The notes under the pieces are model-generated. The model searched no databases and was not told the DNA's origin. It worked only from the letters and a program-made list of their open reading frames with translations. This document shows positions 53,808 to 61,920 of a stretch of 61,920 bases of DNA, piece by piece. Made by a program: the position numbers and the translations under genes. Within the stretch, counting starts at the first letter, position 1. Every line of letters starts with the position of its first letter. The DNA is from an uncultured Pseudomonadota bacterium (GTDB lineage: Bacteria > Myxococcota_A > UBA796 > SXON01), in NCBI GenBank assembly GCA_903959175.1, contig CAJBVW010000147.1, positions 1 through 61,920 on the forward strand, given 5' to 3'.

Positions 53808-55532
53808 CTACCACTCCGCCCCGGCCATCACGCTGCGGGCCACCGCGCGGAGCTCCAACATCCGGAACGGCTTGGACAGGACCGCCCGCGCTCCGGCCGC
53901 CAACGCCGAGCGCGCGAGGCCGTCGGGGGCCGCGCCCGTCGCCACCAGGATCCGCAGCTTCGGCCAGCGCACCTGCGCCTCCTGCATGACGTCGAGGCCG
54001 TTGCGGTTGGGCATGCGGAGATCAAGCACGAGGAGGTCAACCTCTCCGTCGAGCTCGGCGAGGCGGGCGAGGGCGACCTCTCCGTCCCGCGCCTGGAGGA
54101 CCTCCGCGAACATGCCCTCCAGCGCCACGCTCATCAGCTCGCGGAGCGGGGCGTTGTCGTCCGCCACGAGCACCCGCCGCCAGCCCGACGCGGCCTCCGC
54201 GCGACGCGGCGCGCCGTGGCCCGGGACGACCTCGGCGATGGGCGCGCGCACGCAGATCGCGAGGCGGCCGTCGCGCTCGTCCTCCGCCTGGAGCTGGACC
54301 CCGCCGCCGTAGGCCCGCGCGAGCAGCTCGTTCACCAGCGGTCCGGTCACCGCGCCGTCCGGCACCAGCCAGCGGAGCGCGGCGCGCTCGGACGCGGTGG
54401 GCGTGTAGCGGATCCGGAGGAGCCCCTCGTCGTACTCCTCGAGGGCCTCGATCACCACGGGAGAGCCGGGCGCCACGCCGTCGAGCGAACGGAGCGCGAG
54501 GTGGATGCAGGCGCGGACGAGCGCGTCGGGCGAGCATGCGACCCACGGGCCGGCCTTCGGGGCCACGACCTCGATCCGCGGCCCCCCCTCCCCCGCCGCG
54601 CGCGCGAGGAGCTCGCCGAGATCCCGCGCGACCCGGCCCATGTCCGCCGGGCCCACGTGGTTCCCGGAGGTGGACAGCGCCAGCATCGTGCGGCCCAGGC
54701 TCCCGAGCGTGCCGGCGACGCCGATCACGCGCTCGATCGCGGCGCCGGCGGAGGCGGGGTCGTCCGACAACATCGCCTGATCGCAGACCGCTACGATCTC
54801 CGCCGCGAGGTTGTTGAGCTGGTGGGCGTGGTCCCCCGTGACGCGCGAGAGCAGGCCGACCGCGTGTTCCAGGCTGCGGAGGCGCTCGATCTCGCGGTCC
54901 CCGGTGGTGTCGCGCAGGGTCGTGACGAAGTGGGTGGTGCGGCCCTCGGCGTCCCGGATGCCGGAGACGGTGTGGTGCACGGGCACGTCCACCCCGTCGG
55001 AGCGGCGCAGCTGCGTGGGGCCGCTGTAGGTGCCGGTGGCGTAGAGGCTGCGCCAGTAGCTCTCGATCTCGCGCGGCGGCACATTGGGGCTGCGGTAGAG
55101 CCGCGCGGGGCGCCCGACGACCTCGGCGCGATCGTAGCCGACGAGCCACGCGAAGGTGGCGTTGCACCAGAGGATCACGCCGTCTGGATCGGTGAGCAGC
55201 CACGCGTCCGAGCTGCGCGCCGTGTGGGCGAGGAGGAGCTGCCCGAGCTCGGCCTCCCCCGCGAGGGGGGCCACACGCTCGAGCTTGAGACGCGCGCCTG
55301 AGGCCCCGGCAGCGACCTCGACGTCGAAGGCCATCCGCTCCGTGCCGCGGCCGAGGGCAAACCGCACGGCGCCCGCGCGACGGCCGATCGCCGCGCGCAC
55401 GTCCGTCCGACGCTCCAGGAGACGCTCGAGGCCGACCACGGGCGGGTCGAAGGAGACGAAGAGCTGCGCCACCTCTTCCGAGCGGCGCAGGATCCGGCCC
55501 TGGTCGTCGACCTCGAGCCAGAGCGCGCTCAA
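53808..55532 (-). CDS. Hybrid PAS sensor histidine kinase with a C-terminal receiver domain
   Basis: PAS-like LLTDPDGVILWCNATFAWLVGY. H-box GDHAHQLNNLAAEI. Receiver VLVADDNAPLRELM...DLLVLDLRMPNRNG...SKPF. The TTG start directly follows the grpE stop (TAGTTG). Confidence 0.75.
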   Translation of the reverse strand: MSALWLEVDDQGRILRRSEEVAQLFVSFDPPVVGLERLLERRTDVRAAIGRRAGAVRFALGRGTERMAFDVEVAAGASGARLKLERVAPLAGEAELGQLLLAHTARSSDAWLLTDPDGVILWCNATFAWLVGYDRAEVVGRPARLYRSPNVPPREIESYWRSLYATGTYSGPTQLRRSDGVDVPVHHTVSGIRDAEGRTTHFVTTLRDTTGDREIERLRSLEHAVGLLSRVTGDHAHQLNNLAAEIVAVCDQAMLSDDPASAGAAIERVIGVAGTLGSLGRTMLALSTSGNHVGPADMGRVARDLGELLARAAGEGGPRIEVVAPKAGPWVACSPDALVRACIHLALRSLDGVAPGSPVVIEALEEYDEGLLRIRYTPTASERAALRWLVPDGAVTGPLVNELLARAYGGGVQLQAEDERDGRLAICVRAPIAEVVPGHGAPRRAEAASGWRRVLVADDNAPLRELMSVALEGMFAEVLQARDGEVALARLAELDGEVDLLVLDLRMPNRNGLDVMQEAQVRWPKLRILVATGAAPDGLARSALAAGARAVLSKPFRMLELRAVARSVMAGAEW

Positions 55533-56105
55533 CTACGCCTCCGCGACCGGCGCGGTGTAGCTCCCGATGACGACGCGAGCCGGCCGGATCAGGCGCTTCC
55601 CGATGCGGTATCCGGTGGAGAACACCGTCTGGATGACGCTGTCCTGGACGGGATCGTCGACCGGCTGGGTGGCGATCGCCTCGTGCAGGCCCGGATCGAA
55701 CGCGGCGCCGACACCGGGCACCTCTTCGAGCCCGAGCTTCTGCAAGGCGGCCATGAACTGCTGGTAGACCATCCGCAGCCCCTGCTCCGCCGGGAGCCCC
55801 TTGCTCGCCTCGAGCGATCGGTGGAGGTTCTCCACCGGGTCGAACAGGGAGCTGACGACCTCGCCGCGGCGGATCTCCTCCTGCATCGAGGCCCGATCCT
55901 CCAGGCGGCGCTTGGTGGACTCGATCTCGTCCTGCTTCTGGCGGTAGGCGGCGCTCACCGTGCGCAGGCGCGCCTCGAGCTCCTGGACCTTCGCCTCGAG
56001 CCGCGCGGTCTCGGACTCGACGAGCGTCACGCCCTCGGCCCCGCTCTCTTCCTCGACAGCGGCGCCGGCCTCGTCGTGTTCCGCTTCGTCTCGTGTTTCG
56101 CCCAA
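55533..56105 (-). CDS. grpE: Nucleotide exchange factor GrpE
   Basis: Coiled-coil LEAKVQELEARLRTVSAAYRQKQDEIES and C-terminal FDPGLHEAIATQP...VIQTVFSTGYRIGKRLIRPARVVI. Start inferred as TTG 56105 with ggagg 7 nt upstream, because there is no in-frame ATG. Confidence 0.85.
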   Translation of the reverse strand: MGETRDEAEHDEAGAAVEEESGAEGVTLVESETARLEAKVQELEARLRTVSAAYRQKQDEIESTKRRLEDRASMQEEIRRGEVVSSLFDPVENLHRSLEASKGLPAEQGLRMVYQQFMAALQKLGLEEVPGVGAAFDPGLHEAIATQPVDDPVQDSVIQTVFSTGYRIGKRLIRPARVVIGSYTAPVAEA

Positions 56106-56128
56106 GGGTCGCCTCCGTGTGCGGCGCG

Positions 56129-56156
56129 AGGATAGGCACGCGGGCGTTCCCGTCAA
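56129..56156 (-). promoter_or_regulatory. Candidate promoter upstream of grpE
   Basis: On the minus strand: TTGACG, a 16-nt spacer, then TATCCT. Read as CTTGACG-N14-GCCTAT it loosely resembles a sigma-32 promoter. It lies about 25-50 nt upstream of the grpE start. Confidence 0.3.
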
Positions 56157-56171
56157 GCGAGGCCGAACAAA

Positions 56172-57437
56172 GTGGCACGACAGAATCAATTGCTCAGCGT
56201 CCTTGCGACCATCCTGCTCATCCTGGTCGCGATCGCCGTCTACACCGACAAGCCCGAGAAGGACGCCGCGGATCCCGACGCGCCGGCCCAGCACGAGCTG
56301 TTCGCGTTCGACGCCGACGGCGCCCAGAGCCTCACCCTCCAGAGCGCCTCCGGGACCCTCTCGTTCGCCAAGGCGGAGGGTGTCTGGAAGATGACCGCGC
56401 CGCGCGAGATCGCGGTGGAGGAGCGTCGCGTCACGGAGATCATCGACCGCATCGACGGGCTCAAGGTACAGGACAAGTCCTTCGACGGCGCACTGAAGGA
56501 CTTCGGCCTCGACGAGGCCGCGCGCGTGACCGTGACCATCGGCACCGCCGACGGCAAGACGCTCACCGTCTACGTCGGACGCGACGCGCCTGCCGGATAC
56601 CGCGGCTACGTCGCGGAGAAGCCGGAAGGTCCCGCCCTGCTGGCGTCCTCCCGCGTGAACGAGCTCGTCGCGCGCACCGCCGACGACTTCCGCGCGAAGG
56701 AGATCTGGAAGGTCTCCACCGGCACGGCGCGGCGCATCCGCATCGAGGACGCCGGCGCCTCCGTGGTCCTCCGCAAGGACGACCACGGCTGGTGGATCGG
56801 CGACGAGGGCCCGCGCGCCTCGAGCAAGGCCATCGAGGAATGGCTCAGCCGCGCGAGCATGCTCCGGGCCGACTCCTTCCTGGACGGCGTCGATCCCACC
56901 ACCGTGGGCGTCGCCACGCCGACCACGACCCTCCTCGTCGAGGACGAGGCCGGCACGCACACCATCACCCTCGGCCAGGGGGACGCCGCCGGGGTGGCCG
57001 CGCAGACGGAAGCCGGGCTGGTGCGGCTGCCAGCCGAGACCGCCGAGCTCGTCAAGGTGGAGGGTTGGCTCGACGAAACGCTGGTGCCCGTGCGGCGCGT
57101 CCAGCTCGAGACCGTCGCGCTCACCCTCGGCGACAAGAGCGTGCGCTACGCCCGCGCCGAGTCCGGCTGGACCGACGAGAAGGGCGTCGAGACGCCCGCC
57201 GGCGACGCCCTCCTCGAGGTGCTCACCACCGCGAAGGCCGATCGCAGCGGCGAGCCCGCGGTCCTCGGCGCGACGTGGGGCACGCTCTCGCTCTCCGAGG
57301 GCGCCGCGCGCAACGAGATCCTCACCTTCGGGCAGGAGCTCCCCACGGGCGGCCGCGCCGCGCAGGACGCCGCGGGTGGCCCTCCCTTCCGCGTGCCCGC
57401 CGAGACGATCGCCGCGCTGCAGGCGACGCTCCCCTGA
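56172..57437 (+). CDS. DUF4340-domain protein (single N-terminal TM)
   Basis: GTG start. TM helix LLSVLATILLILVAIAVY. Repeated beta-domain pattern (FAKAEGVWKMTAPREIAVEERRVTEIIDRI..., DDHGWWIGDEGPRASSKAIEEWL) as recalled for DUF4340. Confidence 0.6.
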   Translation: MARQNQLLSVLATILLILVAIAVYTDKPEKDAADPDAPAQHELFAFDADGAQSLTLQSASGTLSFAKAEGVWKMTAPREIAVEERRVTEIIDRIDGLKVQDKSFDGALKDFGLDEAARVTVTIGTADGKTLTVYVGRDAPAGYRGYVAEKPEGPALLASSRVNELVARTADDFRAKEIWKVSTGTARRIRIEDAGASVVLRKDDHGWWIGDEGPRASSKAIEEWLSRASMLRADSFLDGVDPTTVGVATPTTTLLVEDEAGTHTITLGQGDAAGVAAQTEAGLVRLPAETAELVKVEGWLDETLVPVRRVQLETVALTLGDKSVRYARAESGWTDEKGVETPAGDALLEVLTTAKADRSGEPAVLGATWGTLSLSEGAARNEILTFGQELPTGGRAAQDAAGGPPFRVPAETIAALQATLP

Positions 57438-57476
57438 ACCCAGGGCGGAGGCGGGGCGGTCCCCTCCTCCGCGCGC

Positions 57477-58886
57477 TCACTGGTGCGGTTCGACCTCGCG
57501 TTCCCGAGGCAGCAGCTCCAGCGAGACCAGCCGCGGCACGCTTCGGTGCGGCTCCCCGGCGGCCAGCGCGCGCACGTAGCGGCGCAGGACCAGCGCCGCC
57601 GCCGGGACGACGCCCGCGCCCAGCAGCACCAGGGCGGCCGCCGCGACCGGACGCTGCAGCGCGGCGAGCGTGACCCCCATCGCCACGAAGCCGAGCCCCG
57701 CGAACGACGCGCTCGCCCAGCGCAGCAGGACGCGACGCAGGGTCGCGGCGGTTCGGGCGGCATAGCGCGGCTCGCGATCCCCACGCACGGCCACCCCGAA
57801 GGCGCGCACGGCCCCCAAGAGGCGGCCCTCGCGCAGCGCGAGCACGCCGTCCAGAAGCGCGAGGGTGGCGTTGCGCGGGGCGGTCGCGAGGGCGTCGCCG
57901 ACGACGGCGCGGGCCTCGGCGCGGCGGTCCTGGCGCGCGAGCGCTACCCCGAGGAGGTAGGCCAGCAGCGGATCGCCGGCGCGGTGCAGGCGGCCGAAGC
58001 GCGCGGCGAACTCGGCACGCTCGGGGGAGCGCTCCAGCAGCGCGACGAGCGCGGTGGCCTGGGCGAGCACGAGCCGGGTGGGCTGCGCGTCGAGGCCCGC
58101 CTCGAGCGTGCGCAGCGCGTGGGTCCCGTGGCCGTCGTACACGGCGCGGATCCCGCGGTGCAGCGGGTCGGCGCCGCCGGGCTCGGCGAGGTCGTCGTCG
58201 TGGCCTGCGCGCGCGACCGGGCCGCTCCACTCGCCCACGCCCGCGAGCACGAGGGCCAGCTCGGGGCCGTCGCTCGCGAGGAGCAGCCGCTCGACGGTCT
58301 CCCCGACCGGCGCGCTCGCGAGCCGCGCCACCGTCTCCCTCCAGGCGTCGCGCGCGCCCGCCGGGCCCTCCCCGTCGATGCGCCAGACGTAGAGCATCCA
58401 GGTGCGGCCGCTCTCCCGGCAGCGGAGGTAGCAGGTGTCCCCCACCCCGGAGTCGACGAGCGTGAGCACGAGCGACGTGGGGCCCTCGCGCTCCCCCGCG
58501 AAGGCGCGGCGAAGGAACGCCGCGATCTCCGCCGCGAGCGAGCCGACGAACACGCCGCCGAGCTGCCCGTCCCGGAGCACACCCCACCCGAAGTGCTCGA
58601 GGTAGCTGCGGCGCAGCTGCTCGATCCGCTGGCGGCAGTGGCGCACCTCGGCGTCGACGAGGTCGCCGTCGTCGTAGCGCATCACCGCCGAGTGGATGCG
58701 CCGCTGGTAGAGCCGCACCGAGTCGTCGAAGGAGTACCGCCGAACGAGGCCGTCCCTGCCGACGATCTCCACCGGAAACTCGACGACTTGCGAGTAGTCC
58801 TTTCGGAGGTATCGACGCAGCCTCGTCGCGCGCTCCACTACCACCTCGGCCGGGATCATAGCACTCGGCTCGCGCCGCGCCCCCAT
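57477..58886 (-). CDS. Hypothetical protein: N-terminal soluble domain, TPR-like helical middle, C-terminal TM helices
   Basis: ATG 58886 directly abuts the upstream stop (TGAATG); ATG 58859 is the alternative start. C-terminal helices SFAGLGFVAMGVTLAAL and AAALVLLGAGVVPAAALVL. Confidence 0.55.
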   Translation of the reverse strand: MGARREPSAMIPAEVVVERATRLRRYLRKDYSQVVEFPVEIVGRDGLVRRYSFDDSVRLYQRRIHSAVMRYDDGDLVDAEVRHCRQRIEQLRRSYLEHFGWGVLRDGQLGGVFVGSLAAEIAAFLRRAFAGEREGPTSLVLTLVDSGVGDTCYLRCRESGRTWMLYVWRIDGEGPAGARDAWRETVARLASAPVGETVERLLLASDGPELALVLAGVGEWSGPVARAGHDDDLAEPGGADPLHRGIRAVYDGHGTHALRTLEAGLDAQPTRLVLAQATALVALLERSPERAEFAARFGRLHRAGDPLLAYLLGVALARQDRRAEARAVVGDALATAPRNATLALLDGVLALREGRLLGAVRAFGVAVRGDREPRYAARTAATLRRVLLRWASASFAGLGFVAMGVTLAALQRPVAAAALVLLGAGVVPAAALVLRRYVRALAAGEPHRSVPRLVSLELLPREREVEPHQ

Positions 58887-59447
58887 TCAGCCGAGGGAAG
58901 CGCGCAGCCCGAGGAGCGCCAGGACCGCCGCGAGCGCGAGGAGCGTGCTCCGCTCGCTCCGCACGGCCGTGGCGAGGCTCCACCTCCCCGGCGTCGGCAC
59001 CGCGGGCCGACGGGGGAGCCAGCGCGGGACCTCCGCGAGATACCGCAGGTAGGGCGTCCCGATCCGGGCCGCGAGGTTCGCCTCCTCCCAGCGGACGATG
59101 AGCCCGTAGTAGGCGCCGAGAATCGGCACCGCGACGAGGGCCGAGGGCCAGGTGACCGTCCCCAGACCCGCGTAGAGCAGGAGGTTGCCGACGTAGAGGG
59201 GGTTGCGCACCCACCCGTACGGACCCGAGCGGACGAGCGCACCCACGTCGTCCCCGCGGGTCCGGCTCGGCAGCCCGATGTGGCCCACGGCGAGGAGGCG
59301 GATCCCCTCCCCCGCCGCGAGGATCGCGAGGCCGGCAGCCCACGCCCGCGGCGGCGCCACGAGCATGACCGCGAGCAGCGGGACCGGCAACCAGCCCCGC
59401 CGCTCGAACAGCCAGCGCCCCGCGGCCTCGGCGCGGCCGCCCCCCAT
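58887..59447 (-). CDS. Isoprenylcysteine carboxyl methyltransferase (ICMT)/phospholipid methyltransferase-family membrane protein
   Basis: LVRSGPYGWVRNPLYVGNLLLYAG and EEANLAARIGTPYLRY are the recalled ICMT/PEMT core. About 5 TM segments. Confidence 0.7.
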   Translation of the reverse strand: MGGGRAEAAGRWLFERRGWLPVPLLAVMLVAPPRAWAAGLAILAAGEGIRLLAVGHIGLPSRTRGDDVGALVRSGPYGWVRNPLYVGNLLLYAGLGTVTWPSALVAVPILGAYYGLIVRWEEANLAARIGTPYLRYLAEVPRWLPRRPAVPTPGRWSLATAVRSERSTLLALAAVLALLGLRASLG

Positions 59448-59452
59448 CCCGT

Positions 59453-61920
59453 TCAGATGCGCTGCGCGGACTGGAGGCGGGACCGGAGAAGCTCGTGGAC
59501 CTTCTCGTAGTCCTCGATGTTCGTGCCGCCGAGCGCCTCGGAGACGCCCGGATCCGCAGCCATGGCGGACGTGTAGCCCTCGAGGGCCGCGCGCCCGTCA
59601 CCACAAGCCTGGTACGCGATGGACCGTACGAGGAGCAGGAACGCACGCACGAGCGGCGCCTCGACCTCGATCCCGAGGCCCCGATCCGCGAGGCTCGCGG
59701 CCTCGGGCCAGTCCTGACGGCGGAGCGCGAGCTCGGCGAGGCGGAGGAGCGCCTGGGGCTGGCCGGGATCGAACGCGAGGCTCTTCTCGTAGTGCTGGGC
59801 GGCCTTCTCGGGCAGGCCGAGCCGCGCGTCGAGCACGAAGCCCTTGTTCAGGTAGGCGTCGATGACGTCCGCCGGATCCTGGGTGTGGTAGATGATGTTG
59901 TTGAAGATGTTGAGCAGGTTGTTCCAGTCTTCCGCCGCGAACAACACCGCCCCGTAGCCGCGCAGGGCCTGGATGTCGTTCGGCCGCAGCTCGAGGGCCT
60001 TCGTGAAGCGCTTGCGCGCCTTCTCGGGCTGCCCGAGGCGGTGCTCGACCGTCCCGAGGCTCGCGTAGATGCGCGCGAGCTGCTCGGGGTTGCCGTGGCC
60101 GCCCGTGAGCTGGAGGAGCTGCTTCCAGACCTTATCCGCCTTGATCCAGTCGTTCGCCGCCATGTACATCGGGCCGACGGCCTCGAGCGACGGGAGGTGC
60201 GTGGCGTTGAGGGCCAGCGCCCGCTCGTAGCGGAGGATGGCGTCGTCCGCGCGGCCGAGACGGCGGAGCGCCTCGGCGAAGCGGTAGAAGTACATCGACA
60301 CCTCGACCTGGGCGTCGAAGTCGTCGACGTCGCGGGCGAGCTCGTGGGCTTCCATGCGCTCGTAGATGCCGACGGCCTCGTCGAGGCGACCGGACTCGAA
60401 GAGGAACTCGCCGCGGTACCGGAGGGCCTCCGGGTGCTCGGGGGCGACCTGGAGGAGCTCGTCGTAGATCTCGGCGGCGCCGACGCGGTCGCGCAGCGTC
60501 TCGACGCGGATACGCGCGGCGTTGGCGAGGGACTCGGCCCGCTCGGCCGTGTCGAGGGTCGCGCGGGCGCGGCGGAGGAGGGCCTCGACCACACGGTCCC
60601 ACTCGCCACGGCCCATATGGAGCCGCTCGAGGACGCGCGCGGCCTCGACGTCGGGGGCGTTGCCGCCGCTGGCGGCGTCGAGGAAGCGGATGGCCTCGTC
60701 CTCGCGGCGGAGGTGCTCGGCGTACGCGACGCCGATGCGGCGCTGCAGCGCGGAGCGCTCGGCACCCTCGGTGAGGCGCAGCAGGGACTGACCGTGCTCC
60801 ACGAAGCCGGCCCAGTCGCCCGACTCGTCGCACAGGACGACGAGGCGGCCGAGGGCCTCCGGGTCGTCCGGGGCGAGGTCGAGGACCTTGCGCCAGGCGT
60901 CGGCGGCGACGGCGCGCGCGGAGAGCTTCGCCTCCCAGAGCCGGGCGATCTCGACGAAGCGGTCGATCTGGACGCGACCGGAGGAGAGCGCGGCCTGGCG
61001 CGCGAGCACGCCCACCACGCCCTGCCAGTCCCCGGCGGCCTCGGCGAGGCGGCGGAGGCCACCGAGGGCCTCCTGATCGTCGGGGAGCACGTCGAGCGCG
61101 CGGGTGAGCGCGGCGCGAGCGCTCTCGGCGTCCCCGATGTGCTCGTGGGCCTCGGCGATGCGACGTTGGAAGCGTGCGGCGTCGCGGGGAGCCTGCGCCT
61201 TCTCAGCGAGGCCGGTCAGGTACTGGACCGCGAGGGCGGTCTCGCCGCGCGCGCCGGCGATGCGCGCGAGGGCCTCGAGGACCTCAACGTCGTCGGGCGC
61301 GTTGGCGTGGAACTGCCGGTAGAAGTCCCAGGCCTCCTCGGTCTCCGCGAGCTTCTCCGCGAGCAGCCACCGGGACTGCGCGGCGATCTCGGCGCGGGTC
61401 TCGGGGCTGGCGCCGGGGATGCGCGCCTGGAGCAGCTCGAAGACCTGCTTCCACTCGCCCTGGGCCGCGAGCGCGTGCTCGAGGCGGGCGCTCCACGGCA
61501 GGGTCACGGTCGCGGTGGCGAGCTCCTCGCGCCAGGCCTGGACGGCGCCCGCGGTGTCACCGGCGTCGGCGAGCGCGTCGCCGAGGCCCGCGGCGGTCTC
61601 ACCGTCGACGGCCCCGTAGATCTCACGGATCCCGTCGGCGTCCTGCCGAGCCACGAGCGCGGCGCGGAGCCCGGCGAAGGCGGTGCCGGCGCGCGGGTCG
61701 GCGCCGAAGGCGGTGCGCCAGGCCTCGAGCGCCTCGTCGGTGTCGCCAGCGGCCTCGAAGAGCGGCGCCGCGAGCGTGGCGTTCTGGCTCTGGACCTTGG
61801 GGTCCGTCGTCGCGCCGGCGAGGGCCATGTGGGCCTTGGCGCGGAGCGCACCGAGGATCGGGAGCCGGAGGAGCATCGCGGCGGCGGCGGGATCGCCACC
61901 TTCCAGCAGGAGAGGGGAGA
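59453..61920 (-). CDS. Large TPR-repeat protein (5' end probably beyond the window)
   Basis: More than 800 aa of 34-residue A/L/Y/W-patterned repeats (e.g. GQPEKARKRFTKALELRPNDIQALRGYGAVL). The frame stays open upstream of the first ATG (61876) to the window edge. Confidence 0.75.
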   Translation of the reverse strand, partial: SPLLLEGGDPAAAAMLLRLPILGALRAKAHMALAGATTDPKVQSQNATLAAPLFEAAGDTDEALEAWRTAFGADPRAGTAFAGLRAALVARQDADGIREIYGAVDGETAAGLGDALADAGDTAGAVQAWREELATATVTLPWSARLEHALAAQGEWKQVFELLQARIPGASPETRAEIAAQSRWLLAEKLAETEEAWDFYRQFHANAPDDVEVLEALARIAGARGETALAVQYLTGLAEKAQAPRDAARFQRRIAEAHEHIGDAESARAALTRALDVLPDDQEALGGLRRLAEAAGDWQGVVGVLARQAALSSGRVQIDRFVEIARLWEAKLSARAVAADAWRKVLDLAPDDPEALGRLVVLCDESGDWAGFVEHGQSLLRLTEGAERSALQRRIGVAYAEHLRREDEAIRFLDAASGGNAPDVEAARVLERLHMGRGEWDRVVEALLRRARATLDTAERAESLANAARIRVETLRDRVGAAEIYDELLQVAPEHPEALRYRGEFLFESGRLDEAVGIYERMEAHELARDVDDFDAQVEVSMYFYRFAEALRRLGRADDAILRYERALALNATHLPSLEAVGPMYMAANDWIKADKVWKQLLQLTGGHGNPEQLARIYASLGTVEHRLGQPEKARKRFTKALELRPNDIQALRGYGAVLFAAEDWNNLLNIFNNIIYHTQDPADVIDAYLNKGFVLDARLGLPEKAAQHYEKSLAFDPGQPQALLRLAELALRRQDWPEAASLADRGLGIEVEAPLVRAFLLLVRSIAYQACGDGRAALEGYTSAMAADPGVSEALGGTNIEDYEKVHELLRSRLQSAQRI

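Noticed and set aside
56106-56171. A CIRCE (HrcA) operator upstream of grpE.
   Set aside because: No TTAGCACTC-N9-GAGTGCTAA-like inverted repeat is visible in the 66-nt intergenic region. Only a generic promoter-like element was found.

Overview
This is a very GC-rich, densely coding chromosomal segment with about 60 protein genes. I found no rRNA, tRNA, CRISPR array, transposase or integrase. GC richness was judged by eye from near-universal G/C at third codon positions, not computed.

The gene content suggests a Myxococcota-type genome, but this is inference only. Supporting features are many lipobox lipoproteins with Asp/Thr-rich linkers, an ECF sigma/anti-sigma pair, a PEGA-domain Ser/Thr kinase, a caspase-fold protease, PfaD, and TPR/HEAT proteins.

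Recognisable housekeeping genes:
- lon, argS, grpE and an arfB-like gene
- mlaE and mlaF
- a biotin carboxylase, a BCCP and a methylmalonyl-CoA-mutase catalytic subunit
- an acyl-CoA dehydrogenase, UDP-glucuronate decarboxylase and an Nfu-type Fe-S scaffold
- a rubrerythrin / HdrD-like Fe-S protein / DUF3501 triad

All calls rest on reading motifs in the supplied six-frame translations and on start/stop context in the DNA. Nothing was searched or computed. Many long ORFs in the track are GC-driven shadow frames and were rejected.

The least explained gene sets, most worth following up:
1. 51042-53745: two paralogous membrane-associated GTPases with atypical G1/G3 motifs, joined by GTGA overlaps to each other and to an ArfB-like ribosome-rescue factor. 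A very large Ig-domain lipoprotein and a zinc-ribbon protein follow at 47909-50945.
2. 3388-6397: an ECF sigma / anti-sigma / secreted caspase-fold protease operon, followed by a degenerate Cu/Zn-SOD-like lipoprotein.
3. 19840-23952: an orphan pfaD at the end of a five-gene same-strand cluster headed by a 2Fe-2S ferredoxin.
4. 24075-29782: two tandem TonB-C-domain proteins followed by a PEGA Ser/Thr kinase coupled to a PEGA-like lipoprotein.

Smaller signals include a duplicated 20-bp element with a perfect 10-bp palindromic core, several perfect GC hairpins in short intercistronic spacers, recurrent GTGA/ATGA start-stop overlaps, and a local rare-codon patch.
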